Origin: Balanoglossus misakiensis
Taxonomy: Eukaryota > Animalia > Hemichordata
DNA: 64,000 nucleotides
Reading direction: 5' to 3'
NCBI GenBank assembly: GCA_040954595.2
Contig: CM082576.2
Location: forward strand, 1,247,403-1,311,402
Shown: in pieces, positions 1 to 14,000 of the stretch
Numbering within the stretch: the first letter of the stretch is position 1
Layout: the number at the start of each line of letters is the position of its first letter
Notes under the pieces: generated by a model
The model's input: only the letters and a program-made list of their open reading frames with translations
Databases searched by the model: none
What the model was told of the DNA's origin: nothing
Made by a program: the position numbers and the translations under genes

Positions 1-3000
1 GATTTTCATGAGCTATTAACCCATGATTTTTATCAAAAATCGAAGAAATTTCGAAATTCCCCAAAGTCGAAAAATCGCCATTTTCGGATGAATTTTCATG
101 AGCTATAACCCATGATTTTTATCAAAAATCGAAGAAATTTCGAAATTCCCCAAAGTCGAAAAATCGCCATTTTCGGATGATTTTCATGAGCTATAACCCA
201 TGATTTTTATCAAAAATCGAAGTAATTTCGAAATTCCCCAAAGTCGAAAAATCGACATTTTCGGATGATTTTCATGAGCTATAACCCATGATTTTTGTCA
301 AAAATCGAAGAAATTTCGAAATTCCCCAAAGTCGAAAAATCGTCATTTTCGGATGATTTTCATGAGCTATAACCCATGATTTTTGTCAAAAATCGAAGAA
401 ATTTCGAAATTCCCCAAAGTCGAAAAATCGTCATTTTCGGATGATTTTCATGAGCTATAACCCATGATTTTTGATCAAAAATCGAAGAAATTTCGAAATT
501 CCCCCAAAGTCGAAAAATCGTCATTTTCGGATGATTTTCATGAGCTATAACCCATGATTTTTGTCAAAAATCGAAGAAATTTCGAAATTCCCCAAAGTCG
601 AAAAATCGTCATTTTCGGATGATTTTCATGAGCTATAACCCATGATTTTTGTCAAAAATCGAAGAAATTTCGAAATTCCCCAAAGTCGAAAAATCGACAT
701 TTTCGGATGATTTTCATGAGCTATAACCCATGATTTTTGTCAAAAATCGAAGAAATTTCGAAATTCCCCAAAGTCGAAAAATCGACATTTTCGGATGATT
801 TTCATGAGCTATAACCCATGATTTTTGTCAAAAATCGAAGAAATTTCGAAATTCCCCAAAGTCGAAAAATCGTCATTTTCGGATGATTTTCATGAGCTAT
901 AACCCATGATTTTTGTCAAAAATCGAAGAAATTTCGAAATTCCCCAAAGTCGAAAAATCGTCATTTTCGGATGATTTTCATGAGCTATAACCCATGATTT
1001 TTGTCAAAAATCGAAGAAATTTCGAAATTCCCCAAAGTCGAAAAATCGTCATTTTCGGATGATTTTCATGAGCTATAACCCATGATTTTTGTCAAAAATC
1101 GAAGAAATTTCGAAATTCCCCAAAGTCGAAAAATCGTCATTTTCGGATGATTTTCATGAGCTATAACCCATGATTTTTGTCAAAAATCGAAGAAATTTCG
1201 AAATTTCCCCAAAGTCGAAAAATCGTCATTTTCGGATGATTTTCATGAGCTATAACCCATGATTTTTGTCAAAAATCGAAGAAATTTCGAAATTCCCCAA
1301 AGTCGAAAAATCGTCATTTTCGGATGATTTTCATGAGCTATAACCCATGATTTTTGTCAAAAATCGAAGAAATTTCGAAATTCCCCAAAGTCGAAAAATC
1401 GTCATTTTCGGATGATTTTCATGAGCTATAACCCATGATTTTTGTCAAAAATCGAAGAAATTTCGAAATTCCCCAAAGTCGAAAAATCGTCATTTTCGGA
1501 TGATTTTCATGAGCTATAACCCATGATTTTTGTCAAAAATCGAAGAAATTTCGAAATTTCCCCAAAGTCGAAAAATCGTCATTTTCGGATGATTTTCATG
1601 AGCTATAACCCATGATTTTTGTCAAAAATCGAAGAAATTTCGAAATTCCCCAAAGTCGAAAAATCGTCATTTTCGGATGATTTTCATGAGCTATAACCCA
1701 TGATTTTTGTCAAAAATCGAAGAAATTTCGAAATTCCCCAAAGTCGAAAAATCGTCATTTTCGGATGATTTTCATGAGCTATAACCCATGATTTTTATCA
1801 AAAATTGAAGAAATTTCGAAATTCCCCAAAGTCGAAAAATCGTCATTTTCGGATGATTTTCATGAGCTATAACCCATGATTTTTGTCAAAAATCGAAGAA
1901 ATTTCGAAATTCCCCAAAGTCGAAAAATCGTCATTTTCGGATGATTTTCATGAGCTATAACCCATGATTTTTATCAAAAATCGAAGAAATTTCGAAATTT
2001 CCCAAAGTCGAAAAATCGTCATTTTCGGATGATTTTCATGAGCTATAACCCATGATTTTTGTCAAAAATCGAAGAAATTTCGAAATTCCCCAAAGTCGAA
2101 AAATCGACATTTTCGGATGATTTTCATGAGCTATAACCCATGATTTTTGTCAAAAATCGAAGAAATTTCCAAATTCCCCAAAGTCGAAAAATCGACATTT
2201 TCGGATGATTTTCATGAGCTATAACCCATGATTTTTGTCAAAAATCGAAGACATTTCGAAATTCCCCAAAATCGAAAAATCGTCATTTTCGGATGATTTT
2301 CATGAGCTATAACCCATGATTTTTGTCAAAAATCGAAGAAATTTCGAAATTCCCCAAAGACGAAAAATCGTCATTTTCGGATGATTTTCATGAGCTATAA
2401 CCCATGATTTTTGTCAAAAATCGAAGAAATTTCGAAATTTCCCAAAGTCGAAAAATCGTCATTTTCGGATGATTTTCATGAGCTATAACCCATGATTTTT
2501 GTCAAAAATCGAAGAAATTTCGAAATTCCCCAAAGTCGAAAAATCGTCATTTTCGGATGATTTTCATGAGCTATAACCCATGATTTTTGTCAAAAATCGA
2601 AGAAATTTCGAAATTCCCCAAAGTCGAAAAATCGTCATTTTCGGATGATTTTCATGAGCTATAACCCATGATTTTTGTCAAAAATCGAAGAAATTTCGAA
2701 ATTCCCCAAAGTCGAAAAATCGTCATTTTCGGATGATTTTCATGAGCTATAACCCATGATTTTTGTCAAAAATCGAAGAAATTTCGAAATTCCCCAAAGT
2801 CGAAAAATCGTCATTTTCGGATGATTTTCATGAGCTATAACCCATGATTTTTGTCAAAAATCGAAGAAATTTCGAAATTCCCCAAAGTCGAAAAATCGTC
2901 ATTTTCGGATGATTTTCATGAGCTATAACCCATGATTTTTATCAAAAATCGAAGAAATTTCGAAATTTCCCAAAGTCGAAAAATCGTCATTTTCGGATGA

Positions 3001-6000
3001 TTTTCATGAGCTATAACCCATGATTTTTATCAAAAATCGAAGAAATTTCGAAATTTCCCAAAGTCGAAAAATCGTCATTTTCGGATGATTTTCATGAGCT
3101 ATAACCCATGATTTTTATCAAAAATCGAAGAAATTTCGAAATTTCCCAAAGTCGAAAAAATCGTCATTTTCGGATGATTTTCATGAGCTATAACCCATGA
3201 TTTTTGTCAAAAATCGAAGAAATTTCGAAATTCCCCAAAGTCGAAAAATCGTCATTTTCGGATGATTTTCATGAGCTATAACCCATGATTTTTATCAAAA
3301 ATCGAAGAAATTTCGAAATTTCCCAAAGTCGAAAAATCGTCATTTTCGGATGATTTTCATGAGCTATAACCCATGATTTTTATCAAAAATCGAAGAAATT
3401 TCGAAATTTCCCAAAGTCGAAAAATCGTCATTTTCGGATGATTTTCATGAGCTATAACCCATGATTTTTATCAAAAATCGAAGAAATTTCGAAATTTCCC
3501 AAAGTCGAAAAATCGTCATTTTCGGATGATTTTCATGAGCTATAACCCATGATTTTTATCAAAAATCGAAGAAATTTCGAAATTCCCCAAAGTCGAAAAA
3601 TCGTCATTTTCGGGTGATTTTCATGAGCTATAACCCATGATTTTTATCAAAAATCGAAGAAATTTCGAAATTCCCCAAAGTCGAAAAATCGTCATTTTCG
3701 GGTGATTTTCACGAGCTATAACCCATGATTTTTATCAAAAATCGAAGAAATTTCGAAATTCCCCAAAGTCGAAAAATCGTCATTTTCGGATGATTTTCAT
3801 GACCTATAACCCATGATTTTTGTCAAAAATCGAAGAAATTTCGAATTTTCCCAAAGTCGAAAAATCGACATTTTCGGGTGATTTTCATGAGCTATAACCC
3901 ATGATTTTTGTCAAAAATCGAAGAAATTTCGAACTTTCCCAAAGTCGAAAAAATCGTCATTTTCGGGTGATTTTCATGAGCTATAACCCATGATTTTTGT
4001 CAAAAATCGAAGAAATTTCGAAATTCCCCAAAGTCGAAAAAATCGTCATTTTCGGGTGATTTTCATGAGCTATAACCCATGATTTTTATCAAAAATCGAA
4101 GAAATTTCGAAATTCCCCAAAGTCGAAAAATCGTCATTTTCGGATGATTTTCATGAGCTATAACCCATGATTTTTGTCAAAAATCGAAGAAATTTCGAAA
4201 TTCCCCAAAGTCGAAAAATCGTCATTTTCGGATGATTTTCATGAGCTATAACCCATGATTTTTATCAAAAATCGAAGAAATTTCGAAATTTCCCCAAAGT
4301 CGAAAAATCGTCATTTTCGGATGATTTTCATGAGCTATAACCATGATTTTTGTCAAAAATCGAAGAAATTTCGAAATTCCCCAAAGTCGAAAAATCGACA
4401 TTTTCGGATGATTTTCATGAGCTATAACCCATGATTTTTGTCAAAAATCGAAGAAATTTCGAAATTCCCCAAAGTCGAAAAATCGACATTTTCGGATGAT
4501 TTTCATGAGCTATAACCCATGATTTTTGTCAAAAATCGAAGAAATTTCGAAATTCCCCAAAGTCGAAAAATCGACATTTTCGGATGATTTTCATGAGCTA
4601 TAACCCATGATTTTTGTCAAAAATCGAAGACATTTCGAAATTCCCCAAAGTCGAAAAATCGTCATTTTCGGATGATTTTCATGAGCTATAACCCATGATT
4701 TTTGTCAAAAATCGAAGAAATTTCGAAATTCCCCAAAGTCGAAAAATCGTCATTTTCGGATGATTTTCATGAGCTATAACCCATGATTTTTGTCAAAAAT
4801 CGTAGAAATTTCGAAATTTCCCAAAGTCGAAAAATCGTCATTTTCGGATGATTTTCATGAGCTATAACCCATGATTTTTGTCAAAAATCGAAGAAATTTC
4901 GAAATTCCCCAAAGTCGAAAAATCGTCATTTTCGGATGATTTTCATGAGCTATAACCCATGATTTTTGTCAAAAATCGAAGAAATTTCGAAATTCCCCAA
5001 AGTCGAAAAATCGTCATTTTCGGATGATTTTCATGAGCTATAACCCATGATTTTTGTCAAAAATCGAAGAAATTTCGAAATTCCCCAAAGTCGAAAAATC
5101 GTCATTTTCGGATGATTTTCATGAGCTATAACCCATGATTTTTGTCAAAAATCGAAGAAATTTCGAAATTCCCCAAAGTCGAAAAATCGTCATTTTCGGA
5201 TGATTTTCATGAGCTATAACCCATGATTTTTGTCAAAAATCGAAGAAATTTCGAAATTCCCCAAAGTCGAAAAATCGTCATTTTCGGATGATTTTCATGA
5301 GCTATAACCCATGATTTTTATCAAAAATCGAAGAAATTTCGAAATTTCCCAAAGTCGAAAAATCGTCATTTTCGGATGATTTTCATGAGCTATAACCCAT
5401 GATTTTTATCAAAAATCGAAGAAATTTCGAAATTTCCCAAAGTCGAAAAATCGTCATTTTCGGATGATTTTCATGAGCTATAACCCATGATTTTTATCAA
5501 AAATCGAAGAAATTTCGAAATTTCCCAAAGTCGAAAAATCGTCATTTTCGGATGATTTTCATGAGCTATAACCCATGATTTTTATCAAAAATCGAAGAAA
5601 TTTCGAAATTCCCCAAAGTCGAAAAATCGTCATTTTCGGGTGATTTTCATGAGCTATAACCCATGATTTTTATCAAAAATCGAAGAAATTTCGAAATTCC
5701 CCAAAGTCGAAAAATCGTCATTTTCGGGTGATTTTCACGAGCTATAACCCATGATTTTTATCAAAAATCGAAGAAATTTCGAAATTCCCCAAAGTCGAAA
5801 AATCGTCATTTTCGGATGATTTTCATGACCTATAACCCATGATTTTTGTCAAAAATCGAAGAAATTTCGAATTTTCCCAAAGTCGAAAAATCGACATTTT
5901 CGGGTGATTTTCATGAGCTATAACCCATGATTTTTGTCAAAAATCGAAGAAATTTCGAACTTTCCCCAAAGTCGAAAAATCGTCATTTTCGGGTGATTTT

Positions 6001-9000
6001 CATGAGCTATAACCCATGATTTTGTCAAAAATCGAAGAAATTTCGAAATTCCCCAAAGTCGAAAAATCGTCATTTTCGGGTGATTTTCATGAGCTATAAC
6101 CCATGATTTTTATCAAAAATCGAAGAAATTTCGAAATTCCCCAAAGTCGAAAAATCGTCATTTTCGGGTGATTTTCATGAGCTATAACCCATGATTTTTA
6201 TCAAAAATCGAAGAAATTTCGAAATTCCCCAAAGTCGAAAAATCGTCATTTTCGGGTGATTTTCATGAGCTATAACCCATGATTTTTATCAAAAATCGAA
6301 GAAATTTCGAAATTCCCCAAAGTCGAAAAATCGTCATTTTCGGTGATTTTCATGAGCTATAACCCATGATTTTTGTCAAAAATCGAAGAAATTTCGAAAT
6401 TCCCCAAAGTCGAAAAATCGTCATTTTCGGATGATTTTCATGAGCTATAACCCATGATTTTTGTCAAAAATCGAAGAAATTTCGAAATTCCCCAAAGTCG
6501 AAAAATCGTCATTTTCGGATGATTTTCATGAGCTATAACCCATGATTTTTGTCAAAAATCGAAGAAATTTCGAAATTCCCCAAAGTCGAAAAATCGTCAT
6601 TTTCGGATGATTTTCATGAGCTATAACCCATGATTTTTGTCAAAAATCGAAGAAATTTCGAAATTCCCCAAAGTCGAAAAATCGTCATTTTCGGATGATT
6701 TTCATGAGCTATAACCCATGATTTTTGTCAAAAATCGAAGAAATTTCGAAATTCCCCAAAGTCGAAAAATCGTCATTTTCGGATGATTTTCATGAGCTAT
6801 AACCCATGATTTTTGTCAAAAATTGAAGAAATTTCGAAATTCCCCAAAGTCGAAAAATCGTCATTTTCGGATGATTTTCATGAGCTATAACCCATGATTT
6901 TTGTCAAAAATCGAAGAAATTTCGAAATTCCCCAAAGTCGAAAAATCGTCATTTTCGGATGATTTTCATGACCTATAACCCATGATTTTTGTCAAAAATC
7001 GAAGAAATTTCGAATTTTCCCAAAGTCGAAAAATCGTCATTTTCGGGTGATTTTCATGAGCTATAACCCATGATTTTTGTCAAAAATCGAAGAAATTTCG
7101 AACTTTACCAAAGTCGAAAAATCGTCATTTTCGGGTGATTTTCATGAGCTATAACCCATGATTTTTGTCAAAAATCGAAGAAATTTCGAAATTCCCCAAA
7201 GTCGAAAAATCGTCATTTTCGGGTGATTTTCATGAGCTATAACCCATGATTTCTATCAAAAATCGAAGAAATTTCGAAATTCCCCAAAGTCGAAAAATCG
7301 TCATTTTCGGATGATTTTCGTGAGCTATAACCCATGATTTTTATCAAAAATCGAAGAAATTTCGAAATTCCCCAAAGTCGAAAAATCGCCATTTTCGGAT
7401 GATTTTCGTGAGCTATAACCCATGATTTTTATCAAAAATCGAAGAAATTCCGAAATTTCCCAAAGTCGAAAAATCGTCATTTTCGGATGATTTTCGTGAG
7501 CTATAACCCATGATTTTTATCAAAAATCGAAGAAATTTCGAAATTCCCCAAAGTCGAAAAATCGTCATTTTCGGATGATTTTCATGAGCTATAACCCATG
7601 ATTTTTGTCAAAAATCGAAGAAATTTCGAAATTCCCCAAAGTCGAAAAATCGTCATTTTCGGATGATTTTCATGAGCTATAACCCATGATTTTTGTCAAA
7701 AATCGAAGAAATTTCGAAATTCCCCAAAGTCGAAAAATCGTCATTTTCGGATGATTTTCATGAGCTATAACCCATGATTTTTGTCAAAAATCGAAGAAAT
7801 TTCGAAATTCCCCAAAGTCGAAAAATCGTCATTTTCGGATGATTTTCATGAGCTATAACCCATGATTTTTGTCAAAAATCGAAGAAATTTCGAAATTCCC
7901 CAAAGTCGAAAAATCGTCATTTTCGGATGATTTTCATGAGCTATAACCCATGATTTTTGTCAAAAATTGAAGAAATTTCGAAATTCCCCAAAGTCGAAAA
8001 ATCGTCATTTTCGGATGATTTTCATGAGCTATAACCCATGATTTTTGTCAAAAATCGAAGAAATTTCGAAATTCCCCCAAAGTCGAAAATCGTCATTTTC
8101 GGATGATTTTCATGACCTATAACCCATGATTTTTGTCAAAAATCGAAGAAATTTCGAATTTTCCCAAAGTCGAAAAATCGTCATTTTCGGGTGATTTTCA
8201 TGAGCTATAACCCATGATTTTTGTCAAAAATCGAAGAAATTTCGAACTTTCCCAAAGTCGAAAAATCGTCATTTTCGGGTGATTTTCATGAGCTATAACC
8301 CATGATTTTTGTCAAAAATCGAAGAAATTTCGAAATTCCCCAAAGTCGAAAAATCGTCATTTTCGGGTGATTTTCATGAGCTATAACCCATGATTTCTAT
8401 CAAAAATCGAAGAAATTTCGAAATTCCCCAAAGTCGAAAAATCGTCATTTTCGGGTGATTTTCATGAGCTATAACCCATGATTTTTATCAAAAATCGAAG
8501 AAATTTCGAAATTCCCCAAAGTCGAAAAATCGTCATTTTCGGGTGATTTTCATGAGCTATAACCCATGATTTTTATCAAAAATCGAAGAAATTTCGAAAT
8601 TCCCCAAAGTCGAAAAATCGTCATTTTCGGATGATTTTCATGAGCTATAACCCATGATTTTTATCAAAAATCGAAGAAATTTCGAAATTTCCCAAAGTCG
8701 AAAAATCGTCATTTTCGGATGATTTTCATGAGCTATAACCCATGATTTTTATCAAAAATCGAAGAAATTTCGAAATTTCCCAAAGTCGAAAAATCGTCAT
8801 TTTCGGATGATTTTCATGAGCTATAACCCATGATTTTTATCAAAAATCGAAGAAATTTCGAAATTTCCCAAAGTCGAAAAATCGTCATTTTCGGATGATT
8901 TTCATGAGCTATAACCCATGATTTTTATCAAAAATCGAAGAAATTTCGAAATTTCCCAAAGTCGAAAAATCGTCATTTTCGGATGATTTTCATGAGCTAT

Positions 9001-11035
9001 AACCCATGATTTTTATCAAAAATCGAAGAAATTTCGAAATTTCCCAAAGTCGAAAAATCGTCATTTTCGGATGATTTTCATGAGCTATAACCCATGATTT
9101 TTATCAAAAATCGAAGAAATTTCGAAATTTCCCAAAGTCGAAAAATCGTCATTTTCGGATGATTTTCATGAGCTATAACCCATGATTTTTATCAAAAATC
9201 GAAGAAATTTCGAAATTTCCCAAAGTCGAAAAATCGTCATTTTCGGATGATTTTCATGAGCTATAACCCATGATTTTTATCAAAAATCGAAGAAATTTCG
9301 AAATTTCCCAAAGTCGAAAAATCGTCATTTTCGGATGATTTTCATGAGCTATAACCCATGATTTTTATCAAAAATCGAAGAAATTTCGAAATTTCCCAAA
9401 GTCGAAAAATCGCATTTTCGGATGATTTTCATGAGCTATAACCCATGATTTTTGTCAAAAATCGAAGAAATTTCGAAATTTCCCAAAGTCGAAAAATCGT
9501 CATTTTCGGATGATTTTCATGAGCTATAACCCATGATTTTTGTCAAAAATCGAAGAAATTTCGAAATTTCCCAAAGTCGAAAAATCGTCATTTTCGGATG
9601 ATTTTCATGAGCTATAACCCATGATTTTTGTCAAAAATCGAAGAAATTTCGAAATTCCCCAAAGTCGAAAAATCGTCATTTTCGGATGATTTTCATGAGC
9701 TATAACCCATGATTTTTGTCAAAAATCGAAGAAATTTCGAAATTCCCCAAAGTCGAAAAATCGTCATTTTCGGATGATTTTCATGAGCTATAACCCATGA
9801 TTTTTGTCAAAAATCGAAGAAATTTCGAAATTCCCCAAAGTCGAAAAATCGTCATTTTCGGATGATTTTCATGAGCTATAACCCATGATTTTTGTCAAAA
9901 ATCGAAGAAATTTCGAAATTCCCCAAAGTCGAAAAATCGTCATTTTCGGATGATTTTCATGAGCTATAACCCATGATTTTTGTCAAAAATCGAAGAAATT
10001 TCGAAATTCCCCAAAGTCGAAAAATCGTCATTTTCGGATGATTTTCATGAGCTATAACCCATGATTTTTGTCAAAAATCGAAGAAATTTCGAAATTCCCC
10101 AAAGTCGAAAAATCGTCATTTTCGGATGATTTTCATGAGCTATAACCCATGATTTTTGTCAAAAATCGAAGAAATTTCGAAATTCCCCAAAGTCGAAAAA
10201 TCGTCATTTTCGGATGATTTTCATGAGCTATAACCCATGATTTTTGTCAAAAATCGAAGAAATTTCGAAATTTCCCAAAGTCGAAAAATCGTCATTTTCG
10301 GATGATTTTCATGAGCTATAACCCATGATTTTTGTCAAAAATCGAAGAAATTTCGATATTCCCCAAAGTCGAAAAATCGTCATTTTCGGATGATTTTCAT
10401 GAGCTATAACCCATGATTTTTGTCAAAAATCGAAGAAATTTCGAAATTCCCCAAAGTCGAAAAATCGTCATTTTCGGATGATTTTCATGAGCTATAACCC
10501 ATGATTTTTGTCAAAAATCGAAGAAATTTCGAAATTCCCCAAAGTCGAAAAATCGTCATTTTCGATGATTTTCATGAGCTATAACCCATGATTTTTGTCA
10601 AAAATCGAAGAAATTTCGAAATTCCCCAAAGTCGAAAAATCGTCATTTTCGGATGATTTTCATGAGCTATAACCCATGATTTTTGTCAAAAATCGAAGAA
10701 ATTTCGAAATTCCCCAAAGTCGAAAAATCGTCATTTTCGGATGATTTTCATGAGCTATAACCCATGATTTTTGTCAAAAATCGAAGAAATTTCGAAATTC
10801 CCCAAAGTCGAAAAATCGCCATTTTCGGATGATTTTCATGAGCTATAACCCATGATTTTTATCAAAAATCGAAGAAATTTCGAAATTCCCCAAAGTCGAA
10901 ACATCGCCATTTTCGGATGATTTTCATGAGCTATAACCCATGATTTTTATCAAAAATCGAAGAAATTTCGAAATTCCCCAAAGTCGAAAAATCGCCATTT
11001 TCGGATGATTTTCATGAGCTATAACCCATGATTTT
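1..11035 (+). repeat. 88-bp satellite array, left arm (about 125 monomers; open at the window edge)
   Basis: Monomer GATTTTCATGAGCTATAACCCATGATTTTTGTCAAAAATCGAAGAAATTTCGAAATTCCCCAAAGTCGAAAAATCGTCATTTTCGGAT recurs every 88 bp (e.g. 621, 709) with only scattered substitutions and 1-bp indels. Confidence 0.99.
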
Positions 11036-14000
11036 CATCCGAAAATGACGATTTTTCGACTTTGGGGAATTTCGAAATTTCATCATTTTTTGAAAAAATC
11101 ATGGGTTATAGCTCATGAAAATCATCCGAAAATGACGATTTTTCGACTTTGGGGAATTTCGAAATTTCTTCGATTTTTGATAAAAATCATGGGTTATAGC
11201 TCACGAAAATCATCCGAAAATGGCGATTTTTCGACTTTGGGGAATTTCGAAATTTCTTCGATTTTTGATAAAAATCATGGGTTATAGCTCATGAAAATCA
11301 TCCCAAAATGACGATTTTTCGACTTTGGGAAATTTCGAAATTTCTTCGATTTTTGATAAAAATCATGGGTTATAGCTCATGAAAATCATCCGAAAATGAC
11401 GATTTTTCGACTTTGGGAAATTTCGAAATTTCTTCGATTTTTGATAAAAATCATGGGTTATAGCTCATGAAAATCATCCGAAAATGACGATTTTTCGACT
11501 TTGGGAAATTTCGAAATTTCTTCGATTTTTGATAAAAATCATGGGTTATAGCTCATGAAAATCATCCGAAAATGACGATTTTTCGACTTTGGGAAATTTC
11601 GAAATTTCTTCGATTTTTGATAAAAATCATGGGTTATAGCTCATGAAAATCATCCGAAAATGACGATTTTTCGACTTTGGGAAATTTCGAAATTTCTTCG
11701 ATTTTTGATAAAAATCATGGGTTATAGCTCATGAAAATCATCCGAAAATGACGATTTTTCGACTTTGGGAAATTTCGAAATTTCTTCGATTTTTGATAAA
11801 AATCATGGGTTATAGCTCATGAAAATCATCCGAAAATGACGATTTTTCGACTTTGGGAAATTTCGAAATTTCTTCGATTTTTGATAAAAATCATGGGTTA
11901 TAGCTCATGAAAATCACCCGAAAATGACGATTTTTCGACTTTGGGGAATTTCGAAATTTCTTCTATTTTTGATAAAAATCATGGGTTATAGCTCATGAAA
12001 ATCACCCGAAAATGACGATTTTTCGACTTTGGGGAATTTCGAAATTTCTTCGATTTTTGATAAAAATCATGGGTTATAGCTCATGAAAATCACCCGAAAA
12101 TGACGATTTTTCGACTTTGGGGAATTTCGAAATTTCTTCGATTTTTAATAAAAATCATGGGTTATAGCTCATGAAAATCACCCGAAAATGACGATTTTTC
12201 GACTTTGGGAAATTTCGAAATTTCTTCGATTTTTGATAAAAATCATGGGTTATAGCTCATGAAAATCATCCGAAAATGACGATTTTTCGACTTTGGGAAA
12301 TTTCGAAATTTCTTCGATTTTTGATAAAAATCATGGGTTATAGCTCATGAAAATCATCCGAAAATGACGATTTTTCGACTTTGGGAAATTTCGAAATTTC
12401 ATCATTTTTTGAAAAAATCATGGGTTATAGCTCATGAAAATCATCCGAAAATGACGATTTTTCGACTTTGGGAAATTTCGAAATTTCTTCGATTTTTGAT
12501 AAAAATCATGGGTTATAGCTCATGAAAATCATCCCAAAATGACGATTTTTCGACTTTGGGAAATTTCGAAATTTCTTCGATTTTTGATAAAAATCATGGG
12601 TTATAGCTCATGAAAATCATCCGAAAATGACAATTTTTCGACTTTGGGAAATTTCGAAATTTCTTCGATTTTTGATAAAAATCATGGGTTATAGCTCATG
12701 AAAATCATCCGAAAATGACGATTTTTCGACTTTGGGAAATTTCGAAATTTCATCATTTTTTGAAAAAATCATGGGTTATAGCTCATGAAAATCATCCGAA
12801 AATGACGATTTTTCGACTTTGGGAAATTTCGAAATTTCTTCGATTTTTGATAAAAATCATGGGTTATAGCTCATGAAAATCATCCCAAAATGACGATTTT
12901 TCGACTTTGGGAAATTTCGAAATTTCTTCGATTTTTGATAAAAATCATGGGTTATAGCTCATGAAAATCATCCGAAAATGACAATTTTTCGACTTTGGGA
13001 AATTTCGAAATTTCTTCGATTTTTGATAAAAATCATGGGTTATAGCTCATGAAAATCATCCGAAAATGACGATTTTTCGACTTTGGGAAATTTCGAAATT
13101 TCTTCGATTTTTGATAAAAATCATGGGTTATAGCTCATGAAAATCATCCGAAAATGACGATTTTTCGACTTTGGGAAATTTCGAAATTTCTTCGATTTTT
13201 GATAAAAATTATTGGTTATAGCTCATGAAAATCATCCGAAAATGACGATTTTTCGACTTTGGGAAATTTCGAAATTTCTTCGATTTTTGATAAAAATCAT
13301 GGGTTATAGCTCATGAAAATCACCCGAAAATGACCATTTTTCGACTTTGGGGAATTTCGAAATTTCTTCGATTTTTGATAAAAATCATGGGTTATAGCTC
13401 ATGAAAATCACCCGAAAATGACGATTTTTCGACTTTGGGGAATTTCGAAATTTCTTCGATTTTTGATAAAAATCATGGGTTATAGCTCATGAAAATCACC
13501 CGAAAATGACGATTTTTCGACTTTGGGGAATTTCGAAATTTCTTCGATTTTTGATAAAAATCATGGGTTATAGCTCATGAAAATCACCCGAAAATGACGA
13601 TTTTTCGACTTTGGGAAATTTCGAAATTTCTTCGATTTTTAATAAAAATCATGGGTTATAGCTCATGAAAATCACCCGAAAATGACGATTTTTCGACTTT
13701 GGGAAATTTCGAAATTTCTTCGATTTTTGATAAAAATCATGGGTTATAGCTCATGAAAATCATCCGAAAATGACGATTTTTCGACTTTGGGAAATTTCGA
13801 AATTTCTTCGATTTTTGATAAAAATCATGGGTTATAGCTCATGAAAATCATCCGAAAATGACGATTTTTCGACTTTGGGAAATCGAAATTTCATCATTTT
13901 TTGAAAAAATCATGGGTTATAGCTCATGAAAATCATCCGAAAATGACGATTTTTCGACTTTGGGAAATTTCGAAATTTCTTCGATTTTTGATAAAAATCA

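Noticed and set aside
11045-11287. ORFs MTIFRLWGISKF... (also 19215-19463, 20339-20527)
   Set aside because: Chance translations of satellite monomers opened by 1-bp indels.
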